Of a stretch of 64,000 bases of DNA, positions 35,961-49,644 are shown one piece after another. The number at the start of each line of letters is the position of its first letter. The first letter of the stretch is position 1. The position numbers and the translations under genes were made by a program. The notes beneath the pieces were generated by a model. It was given only the letters and a program-made list of their open reading frames with translations. It ran no database searches and was not told where the DNA came from. Origin of the DNA: Macrostomum lignano (Eukaryota); the NCBI GenBank assembly GCA_002269645.1, contig NIVC01000075.1, forward strand, positions 62,001 to 126,000. The letters run 5' to 3'.

Positions 35961-37623
35961 TTGGTAGGGAAGCTCCAGTGTTCTCTTGAGCAGGCCCTCG
36001 CTGCTTCAGCATCAGGTGATGAGGCAGTGAGAGGCTGGCTATCTAGGCGGGTTAAGTGGATGAAAAGTGTCTGCAAAGTGTCCTCGCGAGTGGGTCCTCA
36101 TCAGTTGTGCAGGTTCTCCCACTCACTCAGCCGCCTCATTCACGCAGAAATAAGCAGCCGTGTGCTGGCGGTTTGCGGTGAGTTTGCATCGAGTGGTGCC
36201 AGAGTATTGCATGATTGTTTGCTAACAGAGCCCGCGAATCTCCCTTGCACACTTCCCTTACCTTGCTAACTGACTGCCGAGTGGGTTAAGGGAGGAATAT
36301 AATTGGGATTATATCTCTGGGATTATGCGGGCCAAAGTTCTGTCTAAGCTAACCATTGTCTAATAGAGAGAGACAGTCAGAGACAGATTCATATCAGATT
36401 CAATACGCATGCGGTTTTTATCATATTTTTTACACATCAGGACGTCGAACGCCTGCAGTCACCGCTCTGTCTGTCTCGCTCGGTTTGTTGACAGAGGCGC
36501 TGAAAGACACGCGGCCAGACTATCCAGTGAGAGGAGTCCCCAAAGATGGAGGAGTCAAAAAACTCACTGGGACTCGCTGGTTATGGAAACAGTGAACTGT
36601 TTTGGCTCCGTGTGCTCGGGGCTGGCGATTTGGGAGTTCAGGTGTGCGCAGAGGACTGCCTCCACAACTGGCGGTAGACCCATGTTTGCTCAGAGCTGCC
36701 ACACAGGGAGGCGTGAAGTGTTGGCTCTAATATCCCTTCAGCGCATAGGAGAGACTGATAGATACAGACCCCATCGACGAACGATCTTTCTGCAACAATA
36801 CCAATATTTTCTGCTTGCTTTTAAAAGAATAGTCGGCCCACTATTCAGTCAAATATCGGAGGCCAGTGACGGATGCTTCAGCTCAGAGCCGGACGCGGGC
36901 AGGGCACGCGCTCGCTCTGTAGGGAACTCCGGCCCTTCAGCTAAACAGCCGCGAATCAAAGAGATGAGAGGCCAGCGTCTCTCCATTTCTCTCACTTGGC
37001 CTCTTCTCTTTTTGAGCTGCCGGTAGAGGGATACATTTGCTCGATTAAAACCGGTTAGAGTCGGTGGCCACGTGTCCTTAGAACTCCCCAGTCCAGCGGT
37101 GCGGGTGTTGAGTCGTAGACCTTCGGGCTATATGACAAGAACTTGGGGGGTGAGCTACCCGAGGGGGGGGTGAGCCGCGCTAGTCTACTATACAAAAACT
37201 ACGCAGTCTAATATGTTGTTCGCGAAAGCGGAAGGGTCAAAGCAACCCCCCCCCCGAACGAACCGGACTCTTCACACTCAACTGCCCACCACCAAACACC
37301 ACCGCCCACAACAGCGATTGACCAGCCGGTTGCATTTGCATAGACAAAAGGCTTTCCTTTCAACACTGAAACACCTCGCCTAGCTCAGCGACTTGAGTAT
37401 ATAGGGGAATTCATCCGTGTTTCTTCCATCTTCTCAATGGGACAAGCGTCCCTATTGTGGGAGCAATTGCTTCCGTAATCTGCATGCCCGCATGGAATTT
37501 CGTGCTCACGAAACGGAAGCATTACGGCACTAGGGCGACAAATTTTGGGATTAATTAGGGGTCTTTGAGTTGGAGTTAAGATCGGTGGATCCAAACTTTA
37601 CACGGCTTTGAAATTAGAGTAAG

Positions 37624-37910
<287 letters not shown>

Positions 37911-38685
37911 AGATTCACCGGCAGTCCCTCCATTTCAGTTATTCCCCAAGCGCCCCGAGAAGAACGACAGTCAAACAGCAGGCCTCGAGTGGTCCGTCGC
38001 ATCCAGCCTCTCCACTCCATCTCTCTCCCTGTCCCGCCAGTTTCCCTGTCCCATGTGTCCCATTCCGTTGCCCCCTCGTTTGTCAAGTCAAATTTCTGTC
38101 AGCAACTTAAACATCTATCTATCTACACATATTCAGGCGCATCCCTGCCTGCCCCATCATAACGGTATAAAAGCCGTTCACCTGGCCACGCCCTCCTCCT
38201 CCTCTCTGGCCGGAGGATCCACGTGTCGCCGCTGCCGTATGCTGCATGCGCATAGACCGAGGCTGTTGTTGCGAAAGACAAGACAAGCCGGCGGGGACCC
38301 ATCCTTGCCCTACCCCGCCCCTCAAGCTGGCAACAGCTGCATATTTTGGCGTTTCGGAGGCTGCGGCTAGGCCTAAAAGCCGAGCATCAAATGAATAGGA
38401 TGCGACCCTTGGATGCAATCACCCCCTTCCCCCGGCCTCGCTGTCTGGGCGCACCGGCTTGACTGACAAATGAGCAACAGTTGTGCGCTCCCCTCCGATG
38501 CGAAATTGGGAGAGCACTTAAAACTATTACTGTGCTCCCGGCTGGTCAGCGGCGCTTTCCTTTGTCGCGAGTCTCTTCTTTTGTTCCGCGACGGGTTCTT
38601 TGTAGCTTTTGTTGAATCTTCCGCCTTGGCTCATGGCTTCTGTGTTTTTTCTCTTCGTTTTGATGCAACATCTGCGACTCAGGGC

Positions 38686-39140
38686 GCCCTCTGACACTAA
38701 GATCCGCAACCCTCTGACACTAAGATTGGCGCTCCCTCTGACAATAAGATCTGCAACCTTCTGACACTAAGATTGGCGCCTCCTCTGACACTCAGATTGG
38801 CGCCTCCTTTGACACTCAGAATGGCGCCTCCTCTGACACTCAGATTGGCGCCTCCTCTGACACAAATATTGGCACCTCCTCTGACACTCAGATTGGCGCC
38901 TCCTCTGACACAAATATTGGCACCTCCTCTGACACTAAGACTGGCGCTCTCTTTGACACTAAGATTGGCGCTCCCCTCTGACACTAAGATTGGCGCTCTC
39001 TCTGACACTAAGATTGGCGCTCCTCTCTGACACTAAGATTGGCGCTCCTCTCTGACACTAAGATTGGCGCTCCCCTCTGACACTAAGATTGGCGCCTCCT
39101 CTGACACTAAGAATTGCATCCTTTTGACACTAAGATTGTA
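38686..39140. repeat. 24-25 bp minisatellite (GGCGCCTCCTCTGACACTAAGATT)
   Basis: Read directly. Confidence 0.93.
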
Positions 39141-40097
39141 GCGGCGCCCTGACCTATTTTTGGGGTCGAGTTGTTCGATCAGCGCCCTCTTAGGTACTAA
39201 ACAAAACCACACATAGCTGATATTATCTGAGCCTAATAAAAACCAAGCAAAATTGCGTAAATTAAAGACAAAAAAGTTTAGCCAGCAGCTGAAGTTTTTG
39301 TCGGCCGCGTGTCCTCCATATGTTGGAACAATTCCTCAGTCCTCTGTGAATACTCAGTTCGGCAGCCGTGATTAGCGAAGCCACCCGCTGGCTGCCTGTT
39401 TCTGTCTGGCACCTTGCAGGTGTTCGCAAGCAAGCGGGACATCATCGATTGATCGTCGAGTCTGGGAAGGGCCGCTGTGACCGCCCCGAGGGCAAATAAT
39501 CTATGCGGGAAATCTTTTAGAGAGGCCTGGAGGGATGTTAAGGAAGCAGCCAGTTTAGTTCTTCTGCGGCCTAGTAGGCGGATTGAGGAGGAGGATTTTA
39601 CCGACTCAGAATCGACCGGGGTGTAAGGAGGTGCGAAAACTGGTGCCTCTGTGTGCCGCTAGATGATCCTAATCTCTGTGTATGCAATAATGAAAATTAT
39701 ATATATATACACGAGTATATTTTTAGGGCCGAAACTTTTGCAAGTGGGAAAGAAGAGGTTGGCTGATAAATATCTACTTTCAGGTCTGGAGTTCTTTTGT
39801 TGAGTTCAGCTGGGTGGGCGTTGTCAGCCGCAAGCTGTTTTGTGGCGTTCCAATCTCTTCTCCTAAGCTCATAATCTCGGTTGCATAAATTTTCCTCTAA
39901 ATATTCACATCGTTTGTAGCCTTTATATCGCGAAAGATACTTATTAACCGTTTTAGTTTGTGCCTCGTCAAGAGAAACTAACTCATCACCGAAGCATGGA
40001 GACTAATATTCGAATTTTCAAATTGTAGGTCAAGACTGTAGGTAATCAAGGATGTAGATAAACTGAATTCTAAAAGTTTTCTGGCTGCTAAGGAGGG

Positions 40098-40460
40098 TGC
40101 GTAACCCTAGTGGTCCAGCGCGGCGCTCTGGTGTGCCAGCGGCCCAGGCTCGATTCCAGGTGCAGTTGCATTAATTTGGGGCTAAATTGGAATCTCGGCT
40201 TGGCTCTGCTCGTGCAATTAACGGCCTTGAGAGCCAACCCCCAAGACACAGTGAAGTGTACATGCCTAACGATAAATACAGTCAGGGCCGCTGTACACTC
40301 CTGTGTGTGCCTGTGCGTATTACTGCGTACGTATCCCTGCGCTTGTGTGCCTAATCAGGGGAGTCGTCACAATGGGCAGCAATGCCTCTCTCGCCGGTTG
40401 TGTGACAATGTCGCTTATTTTGTATTTCATTTAGCATCAAAATTAAAATCTTGCAGGTAA
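40098..40460 (+). mobile_element. Probable tRNA-Glu-derived SINE (3' boundary uncertain)
   Basis: TAGTGGT...CGGCGCTCT...GCCAGCGGCCCAGGCTCGATTCCAGG parallels recalled tRNA-Glu(CTC); B box GGCTCGATTCC at 40147-40157; the anticodon loop is broken, so it is not a functional tRNA. Confidence 0.5.
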
Positions 40461-41139
40461 AAACACATTTGAAGTTTTTAGTTGGCTTCCGAATTCGAGA
40501 AGCCAACACCCTGAATTCACTGATTTCCTCTATAGTTTAGTAAAAGCCGGGTTCGTGGTGGGCGGGGTCGCAAGTGGCGTGAATAGTAGAAAAAACTCAA
40601 TATTCAAAGCTGCATTGCTCAGATCCTAATCTCCTTCATCACCCAGCCTCACCAGCTGCCGGATCCCCAGTTATTATAAAGTAGACCGGCCTTAAAAAGG
40701 TGGGAGAAAATCCCGTCAGGGGTGGTGAAAAACACGCGAGCTTGAACACCCCCCGACACCTCTCCCTGCCTCTCTTTATCCTGCATAATCTAATCTAAGG
40801 TAGGAGATCTTTTTGTTTAAACTTGCCAACTTAAAACCGCGCGCCTCTCGCACGATGAAGTGGCCAGACTTGAGCCACAAACACACAGCCGGTCGGTGAA
40901 ATAATTAGGTCGACTCAGTTTTTTTATTATGAAATTATTTTTCATAAAAATTTCAATAGCGGTGGCCCCACAGCAGCCCCAGGCGGCGCCTTGGGGCGAA
41001 AAACTGGCCAACTTGATGTTAGATATCTTGCGAGCTGGAATAAGTGGCGCCATCAGCTGCTCAGCTCAGATGCAAGACAAAATTGTTGAAATGGCCTCAT
41101 AATTTCTTGTTAGCATCGAAATGGTACGGCCGGTTAAGA

Positions 41140-41995
41140 TGGCGCCAAAACGGATTGTTAGCATGGCGCCAAAGCAGTCTGTTAGGATGGCGCCAAAACT
41201 GACTGTTATATTGGCGCCAAAACTGACTGTTAGGGTGGCGCCAAAACTGACTGATAGGGTGGCGCCAAAACTGACTGTTAGGGTGGCGCCAAAACTGACT
41301 GTTAGGATGGCGCCAAAACTGACTGTTAGAATGGCGCCAAAACTGACTGCTAGAATGGCGCCAAAATTGAGTGTTAGGGTGGCGCCAAAACTGACTGTTA
41401 AGATGGCGCCAAAACTGAATTTTAGAATGGCGCCAAAACTGACTGTTAGGATGGCGCCAAAATTGACTGTTAGGATGGCGCAACAACTGACTTTTAGGGT
41501 TGCGCCAAAACTGACTGTTAGAGTGGCTCCAAAACTGACTGTTAGGGTGGCGCCAGAACAGTCTGTTAGAATGGTGCTAAAAATGGGTCATACGATAGCG
41601 CCAAAACAGTCAGGTAGGATAACCCCAGAACAGTCTGTTGGGATGGCGCCAAAACTGACTGTTAGGGTGGCGCCAAAACTGACTGATAGGGTGGCGCCAA
41701 AACTGACTGTTAGGGTGGCGCCAAAACTGACTGATAGGGTGGCGCCAAAACTGACTGTTAGGGTTGCGCCAAAACTGACTGTTAGGGTGGCGCCAGAACA
41801 GTCTGTTAGAATGGTGCTAAAAATGGGTCATACGATAGCGCCAAAACAGTCAGGTAGGATAACCCCAGAACAGTCTGTTGGGATGGCGCCAAAACTGACT
41901 GTTAGGGTGGCGCCAAAACTGACTGTTAGGGTTGCGCCAAAACTGAGTGTTAGAATGGCGCCAAAGTGACTGTTAGGGTGGCGCCAAAACTGACA
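41140..41995. repeat. 24-bp minisatellite (GGGTGGCGCCAAAACTGACTGTTA) with an internal ~240-bp duplication
   Basis: Read directly; the block AATGGGTCATACGATAGCGCC occurs at 41582 and 41822. Confidence 0.95.
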
Positions 41996-42799
41996 AGCGC
42001 TAGAATGGTTTGTTGAGGGGACTTTAAAAAAATGAGTTAGTTGGAATTCGAACCAATGGCCTCCCTTCCCCAATAATAAGAGGCAAATATGTCTCTGTTC
42101 GCTGCGGCATCTGAATCACGTGACTAGCAGAAACGGAAGACGCCACAGTTCCATTTGCAGCAAATTCCATTCCTGACCGGGGGGGGGGGGCGGGCAAAAA
42201 AGCAGCGCAGAGAAACGGGCTTCGCATGCGGCGGTGTCTTACAAGGTCGATGGCGCCTCCCTCGCTCTCTATCGGATTCGGCAGCTCTCGCCAAAAGAAC
42301 TGTCATTCTTTTACGACGACTAGCCAGGCTGCAGCAGACTCCCGCCGTCTTCTGTGCCAAAAAACCTTTTAACCGTTCGAGCTCGCCACTTTTTCAGCTA
42401 CCTTTAGCTTACCTGGCTACTACTCTTTTTGGCATAGCAACCAGCTACAACCCAATTTAGCATTAACCTCCGTTTTGCTTTCACTGTCTCTCACTCAGCC
42501 ACTCTCTCTTGTTAAGCGCTGCCTTGCTGTGGACCTACCGGGGGTTGGGTCGTAGGCAGACTAATGGACGGCAACTGTGCCACCTTGGTTTCACCGAATC
42601 GTTCGCCGAGCGAAGACGCTTCCGAAAATATTCCGGGTCTGTCTGGACGGTGGCAGAGTGGCCTGGTGCTGCGGGCAGTGGGAAATCTCCCCCTCTCGTT
42701 GGGGTTTAAAAGGAGGGTCCGAGGTACCTGATGTTTTCTGGAGGTTCCTGTTATCAATTGGCACTTACGGTCAGATAGAGGGGAGCGAAATTAAAGGTG

Positions 42800-43390
42800 T
42801 TGTGAATCTTTATTAACCTGGTGTGGATCTCTAAGAACCTGTTGTGAATCTTAAATAACCTGTTGTGAATCTTTAGGAACCTGTTGTGGATCTTTAACAA
42901 CCTGTTGTGGATCTTTAACAACCTGTTGTGGATCTCTGAGAACCTGTTATGAATCTTTAGGAATCTATTGTTAATCTTTGATAACCTGTTTTTGAATCTT
43001 CAAAAACCCGTTCTGAATCTCTAAGAATTTGTTGTGAATCTTTAAGACCCTGTTTAGAATCTCTAAGAACCTGTTATTATTTTTAGCAACCTGTTGTGAA
43101 GCTCATAGAACATGTTGCGAAGCCATAATAACATGTTGTGAATCTTAAGGAACCTATTGTGAACTTTTAACAACCTGTTGTGAATCTTTAAGAACCCGTT
43201 GTGGATCTTTGATAACCTGTTGTGAATCTTTTAAAACCTGTTTTGAATCTTTAAAAACCTGTTGTGAATTTTTAGAAACCTGATGTGAATCTTTAAGAAC
43301 CTGTTCTGAATCTTTAAAAACCTGTTGTGAATCTTTGACAGCCTGTTGTGAATCTCAAAAAACCTGTTGTGAATCATAAAAGATCTTTAA
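42800..43390. repeat. Degenerate ~21-bp minisatellite (AACCTGTTGTGAATCTTTAAG)
   Basis: Read directly. Confidence 0.9.
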
Positions 43391-44214
43391 GAATCTTAAG
43401 ATTGCCGTGAATTGAAAGCTTTGAGACGCAGTGAATATTTACGCTTGTTGGAACTTCAGAGTGAACATTAGGAGTATTAAAAAGCCCAAGAGTTTGCACC
43501 AATGCTTGGCGCGAGGATAAAATTTTAGGGAAAGTTATTCCCTTGTACCATCGGTTTTATCAGGCAAACCTTCTCTCTTCTGTATCTCTCTTGAGTCCCT
43601 GTAATTTTGCCATTCTATTTACTCCAACTGAAATAATAGAGGAGGGTTTTCGGGAATACGCTGAAATCCCCCAGCCAGAAAATCCCCTCTTGTCTCTGCT
43701 CCCCGCTCCGCTGTCGCTCAAAGAGTCTCAGGCCTCAGACTCTCTAATCAGTGAGAGTGCCCCGCGCCGATCCTGTGGGACATCCTGACCGACCCCGTGA
43801 ACTTGCCTCTTAGGAGCACAGGCAGTTATTGCTGCTTCTAGAGGGGAGACCAAAACTCTAAATAAAATTGGGACTGAATGTTGTGTATCTGGCAATAATT
43901 TTTTATTTAAAGCGTTCGACTTGCTTAAAATCCTTTCTAAAAATAATTTTTAATCAAATTAAATGCTCGCCTGGCTTGGGGGGTTGCGCTGTCAAAATGT
44001 TTTTTTATTATTTTGTTAATGCTCTCAAAAAATTGCCTTGAATAAAAAATTCCCTCATAGGGTTTATGGCTCTGTTTGAGGTGAGTTGTCAGTCGTAAAA
44101 CTCATACCTAGCCTGTGCTCTCGCTGCCTGGAAGACGTGACGTGGAGATCGAGCAAGTGTCTTCAGTCTTTTATTGCTATTGTGGGAGATTGTGACATGT
44201 CAGATCTTTGGACG

Positions 44215-45135
44215 GAGATCTATCAGAATCTATTAGTAGATCTATAGGAACTCTATTGATCGTTGATCAGGGAATCTATAGACAAAATATCGATGGATCA
44301 GAGATCTGTAGGTAATGTATCGATAGAACAGAGATCTATAGGCAATGTATCGATCGAACAGAGATCGATCTCTGTTCCCCGACAATCTTTGTTCTATCGA
44401 TACATTGTCTATAAATCTCGGTTCCATCGATATATTGCCTATAGATCTCTGTTTGATCGATACATTGTCTATAAATCTCGGTTCCATCGATATATTGCCT
44501 ATAGATCTCTGTTTGATCGATACATTGTCTATAAATCTCGGTTCCATCGATATATTGCCTATAGATCTCTGTTTGATCGATACATTGTCTATAAATCTCG
44601 GTTCCATCGATATATTGCCTATAGATCTCTGTTTGATCGATACATTGTCTATAAATCTCGGTTCCATCAATACATTGTCTATAAATCTCGGTTTAATCGA
44701 TATATTGCCTATAGATCTCTGTTCGATCGATACATTGTCTATAAATCTCGGTTCCATCGATAAATTGTCTATGAATCTCAGTTCTATCGATACATTGTCT
44801 ATAAATCTCGGTTCTATGGATACATTGCCTATAGATCTCTGTTCGATCGATACATTGTCTATATCTATTAACAGATCTATAGAAGCTCTATTGACCATTG
44901 ATCAGGAATTTATAGACAATATATCGATTTATTAGAGATCTATAGGCAATTTATCGATCGGTTAAAGATTTATAGACAGTTAAATAGATGTCTATAGACC
45001 GTTAAATATATATCTATAGACAGTTTAATAGATATCTTTAGACAGTTGATTAGTAATCTATAAGCAGTTAAATAGACATCTATAGTTAAGCTATAGGCTA
45101 TCTATAGACAATAGATAAGATAGCTATAGAAATCT
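44215..45135. repeat. 30/60-bp satellite with an internal inversion
   Basis: 60-bp period at 44401-44700; the orientation flips at the palindrome 44356-44377. Confidence 0.9.
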
Positions 45136-48100
45136 ACAGGAGGAGGTCTTCAATCAGAGATCTATAAGCAGTTGAACGGGAATTTAAAAGTTTTCATTTC
45201 TATCAGCGAATACTCTTTTGAGCGTTAAGTGACCTCATTGACTAAATATTTGAGAATTTCTGTACAGATAATTAATCAGTGTACCTGTAGTTACGCACGG
45301 CTTGTCACTGCCAACTCTCGTAACCCTGTCAACTCCAATCCAAATGCCAAACTTAACCATAGATCTCTCATAGATTCCACGACAATTTGCCAACTTTTAA
45401 CTTTCTTAAGCTAGGACAGTCCTTGCCTTCCCACAGCAACCCAACCAGCTGTAGGCAAACTCCCAGACAATGAAGGATTATATAGTTGTCATTCGAATAA
45501 TGTTCTTACACAACAGGTCTTACAAAGTCTTTGACCCTTCCTTAAGTCCGTGGGAAATTTCGTAGTCAGTTCGGCCCCGGAGCCCCGGTCAGCAACCGCA
45601 GTGGCGGGGGCGGCGCTGTCGGAGATTAAGATCAGCTATAGGTGCGCGAATCAAGGCCCTGTTCGCTCCCCTCAACCCAGTCCAGACGCGCGCGCAACAC
45701 ACTTCTGACTTCTGGCCCGAAGCAGGAACTTGTTGTTGCAGAGCGGTAGGTGTTCACCTGTTGCATCACGCTTCCTACTTTATAGTATAGGGGGCGAATC
45801 TTGGCTGGTCTCTTGGCTCTCCATGACTCTCAGGGAAGCAGATATTTTATAGATGCTTATCTGCCAGAATGGGGGCTGGCCTCTCGGAGCTCTGGGGCTG
45901 AGTCTGCGCCGGCTTCAAAAGCGAAGTCCCCTCCCAGATCTCTACTCCCTGATTTCTGGTCCAGATTGTGTAAATGCGACGACCCGTAGGGATTTTGGGA
46001 AGAAAAATTGGAGGTCTCATTGTGGGAGTCGAGTGGGACCAGCTTATGGTCAGAATTTTTCTGGCGGGTGAATTATGCATAAAGCACAAGGGCTCTGGAC
46101 TGGAGCACCATCTTTATCTCCTGTGTTTCCTCATTCTCTCTGCAGAGCTGTCTCTGCTTTTGCTCAGAAAGACTTCTCCTCCTTCCCCCTGACTTTTAGC
46201 CATTATAAATCTATTCGAAAATTCACCCCTCATTTGCCCGCGCAGTGTCCGCTGTTTTATAGGGCCATCTCTGCGCCAAAGAGGAGGGCGTCACGCAAAA
46301 AAGCAGGTTTTGGTGCTGTGTTTTATTATTATTCCGTTATTAACGATTTCTGACTGGCAGGCTGGCGAGATTCTCTGCTAAATCTTGCAATAGCTGTGAA
46401 AGTGACATGTGCAGAAATCAGTCCCAAGTGTCGACCCCGCTGTGCATGTTTCAAGACATGCGACAGTCAATATAAAGCTGCCCTTGAAACTCTGGTTAGC
46501 GCCGCTACAAGGGTCATTGTGCTGCTTGTTGTTGTGTTTTCTGGCGCTGACCCGTGAAGCGGGGCGCTGGAGAGGAGACTCAGACTGCATGCTGTGGGAG
46601 ACTGAGGACTACGGTGGGTTTAAGCAGAGGCTTAAGCATTGATTATTAGTGTAGACTGGAGTCCCATCTCCTGGGAACCGGCCAGATTTTGCTGCCATAT
46701 AATTCGTAGCGTAAGAGCGAGAATTTCGGGAGCCGATGCTTCGAACACGCTGCGTGCCCGCTCGGAATTCTGCGGCGAACCACCCGAGCTTGAAATTATA
46801 GGCGGTCAATACGCGTGTGTGTTAGGCAGTTCTCCTTTGAATTTTCTGCTGGCAATTCTGCTCTGGCTTAATCTGTTTACCTGTTTATCTGTTTAGATGG
46901 ATGAATTAAACAAATAATGTAAGCATGTTTCTAATTTCCAAAGTCGATTAAACACTTGTGACACATTTTGCAATGCTTCTAACAATGTGAACTTCTAATA
47001 ATTGGCGCTTCTTACCACTGTGGGGCGCATCTAGCAGTGCGCGCTACTACTGTGGTGCGCCATAACTTGTTTGCGCGCTTCTCACAGTATTCTAGTAGGC
47101 GCTTTCTTCAGTCTATCAAAGGCGAAAAACGCCAGAAAGTGCGGGATAAACACAGATAGATAAGAGTCGACCAGCCGAGGTGGCGCGAACAAATAATTAC
47201 AGTCAGGAAGGAAATGCGCCGAAAACACAGCTAAAACAGCGGCAAGATCTGAAGGCGAAACGCGAGAAGATAAGATTCTCCGCGCCGCTCTGATTCCCGA
47301 GACAAAAAGCCACTGGCTTAAACGAAGCATTTCTCCATCAAGAGTTGCAGCAGAAATCTCGCGTTACTTTTTCGAAACAGAGATAATCCTTGATCCAGGA
47401 GCCGTCAGGGCTGGGTCCAGACTTGCCACTTGTCTAAGCGACCCACTACGCACACACACACACACTGACTGCGCAAGACTTCTAAAGCCACAACTAAGGG
47501 ATTTGGGATAAAAGGTTTCAGAGGGGATCAGCCGTTTGCCCCGCCCAGCCATGCCGCAGCGGCGCCGCCCACTCCTCCCCCTTTCTCCAATCTCCCTTTC
47601 CCCCTCGATCCCACCTGAGGTAGGTGGGGATTTCGCGGAAAATTCGCCGCTAGCCGCCGCAGCGGCAACCCTACACCCCACCCCGCCTTGCCCTCCGACT
47701 CGAGAAATCCAGCGGACTGACTAGTTTGCGCGCAGAGGCTTGAAAGCGCAGCTCATCTAGGCTCAGCCAAGGACGTCTTGAACCAGAATCTGGACTGAAA
47801 ACTTTCACTGAAGTACTGTAAATTTAATATAAACGATAATTGCTGTAGGCTCTTCGGCAACGTCGTTCCATAGCCAAAGTTGAGGCAGTTCTGGAGCGCG
47901 CCAATACGCAGACACGCACTCAGACACACGCTCACACAGGGTGTACAGCGTCCCTGACTTTCAAATCATCTTTGAACTCCAGACACTGGTTCAATGTTAT
48001 CCCTGGCTTAGTGCGTGCTTTTTTCGGGGATCCGATCTCGGCTCAGGCGGCCTCTGACCCGCACCCGTGCGATGCCGCTCGCTTGCACGCAAAGCCAGTC

Positions 48101-48349
48101 AAGTAAAGAAAAGAAACTGTAAAAGACCTCAAAGTTGAAATTTTTTAAACCCCAGTGAGGTGGGGTTGATGGGGAAGGAATCGGGGACTCGCGTAGGGAT
48201 CTAACCAGCTGCAGGGACTGATTCGACGGATAAGATTTTACCCAGGCAAAACTGAAAGTGGCACGCCAGATCCATGTCAGAGAGTTTAGTTCGGGGTAGA
48301 AAATCTGGTGATATCTTTGTGAAACTCTGGGAGTGGGAGAGCGTGATTG

Positions 48350-48925
48350 AATTGAGTAATCAGAGAGTGGTCGGAGAGAGTGATTAGAGAGAGTGACCGT
48401 AGAGAGTGATCAGACACAGATAGGAGTGATCAGACACAGAGATAGGAGTGATCAGACAAAGATAGGAGTGATCAGACACAGAGATAGGAGTGATCAGACA
48501 TAGATAGGAGTGATTAGACACAGAGAGGAGTGTTCAGACACAAAGAGGAGTGATCAGACAGAGATAGGAGTGATCAGACAGAGATAGAAGTGATCAGACA
48601 CAGAGAGGAGTGTTCAGACACAGAGATAGGAGTGATCAGACAAAGATAGGAGTGATCAGACACAGAGATAGGAGTGATCAGACAGAGATAGAAGTGATCA
48701 GACACAGATAGGAGTGATCAGACACAGAGATAGGAGTGATCAGACAAAGATAGGAGTGATCAGACACAGAGATAGGAGTGATCAGACATAGATAGGAGTG
48801 ATTAGACACAGATAGGAGTGATCAGACAAATATACGAGTGATCAGACAGAGATAAGAGTGATCAGACAGAGCTAGGAGTGATCAGACAGAAATAGGAGTG
48901 ATCAGACAGTGTGATCAATCAGACA
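48350..48925. repeat. ~22-24 bp minisatellite (GAGTGATCAGACACAGAGATAG)
   Basis: Read directly. Confidence 0.93.
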
Positions 48926-49644
48926 GAGAAAAGATGAACAGGGGAGTCAGTTGGCGCCCCAAAATAGAAGGGCTGCAGAAGCAGCGGATGTCTATAAACT
49001 AAATGGGAGCACAGGCAGGCCCGGTCAGTGAAACTGGCCCTCCCCCCTGCAGAGCGGCAGCAGGAATCGGGGTGCCCTCCCCCGCCCCCCTCCGATCCCC
49101 CAGCTGGGTGTCCTGTCGCGTGCGACTCTCTTATATCAACCGCCTTCTCTGCTAAACCATCGCCGTGTTTCATAGCCTGACTGACGGTTGCGTCACTGCA
49201 ATAGCTGACTCCAACATTAGAGAATCGATGGCTTCAGCGTACCAGGCTGTCCGGGCATTGTCTCAAGTCCCATTCCTCTTTTTTGATGGGGAAAAGTTAA
49301 TCGAATCGGATTTCATCGATTTCCAGAAAGAAAAGCTGTTTCTTCTGTTTTGTTTATTTCGTCTGCAGCCTGGGATCTGGCTTCCTTTTTTCTCGAATAA
49401 TTTCTTTCTTTGCAATTAGCATAGATTAGCTTAGATTAGGTTATCGCAGAGTTTCTTCCCAGGTAAGTTATAGGTAAAATTTACTACCTGAAATAGATAT
49501 CTTTAATCCTTAATCGGCACTGTACCCCAAGCAGTGGATTTAAACTGGCTATATACAAATAAACTGTAAACTGTATAGTTTAATATCAATGTTTATGCTT
49601 GCTATCCTAATCTATAGAGGCTGACCATTTTGTGTCCCAACCCT

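Noticed and set aside
36409-37026. 205-aa ORF
   Set aside because: No recognisable domain or splice context; likely a chance ORF in GC-balanced non-coding DNA.
41121-41969. 282-aa VAPKLTVR repeat protein (also APPLTLRL 38773-39030, 44242-44935, YTVSP 49630-50509, 55956-56552, 60390-61592)
   Set aside because: Unit lengths are multiples of three without stops, so long ORFs arise automatically; there is no unique coding flank.
42043-42054. B-box-like GGTTCGAATTCC on the minus strand
   Set aside because: No A box or cloverleaf nearby.
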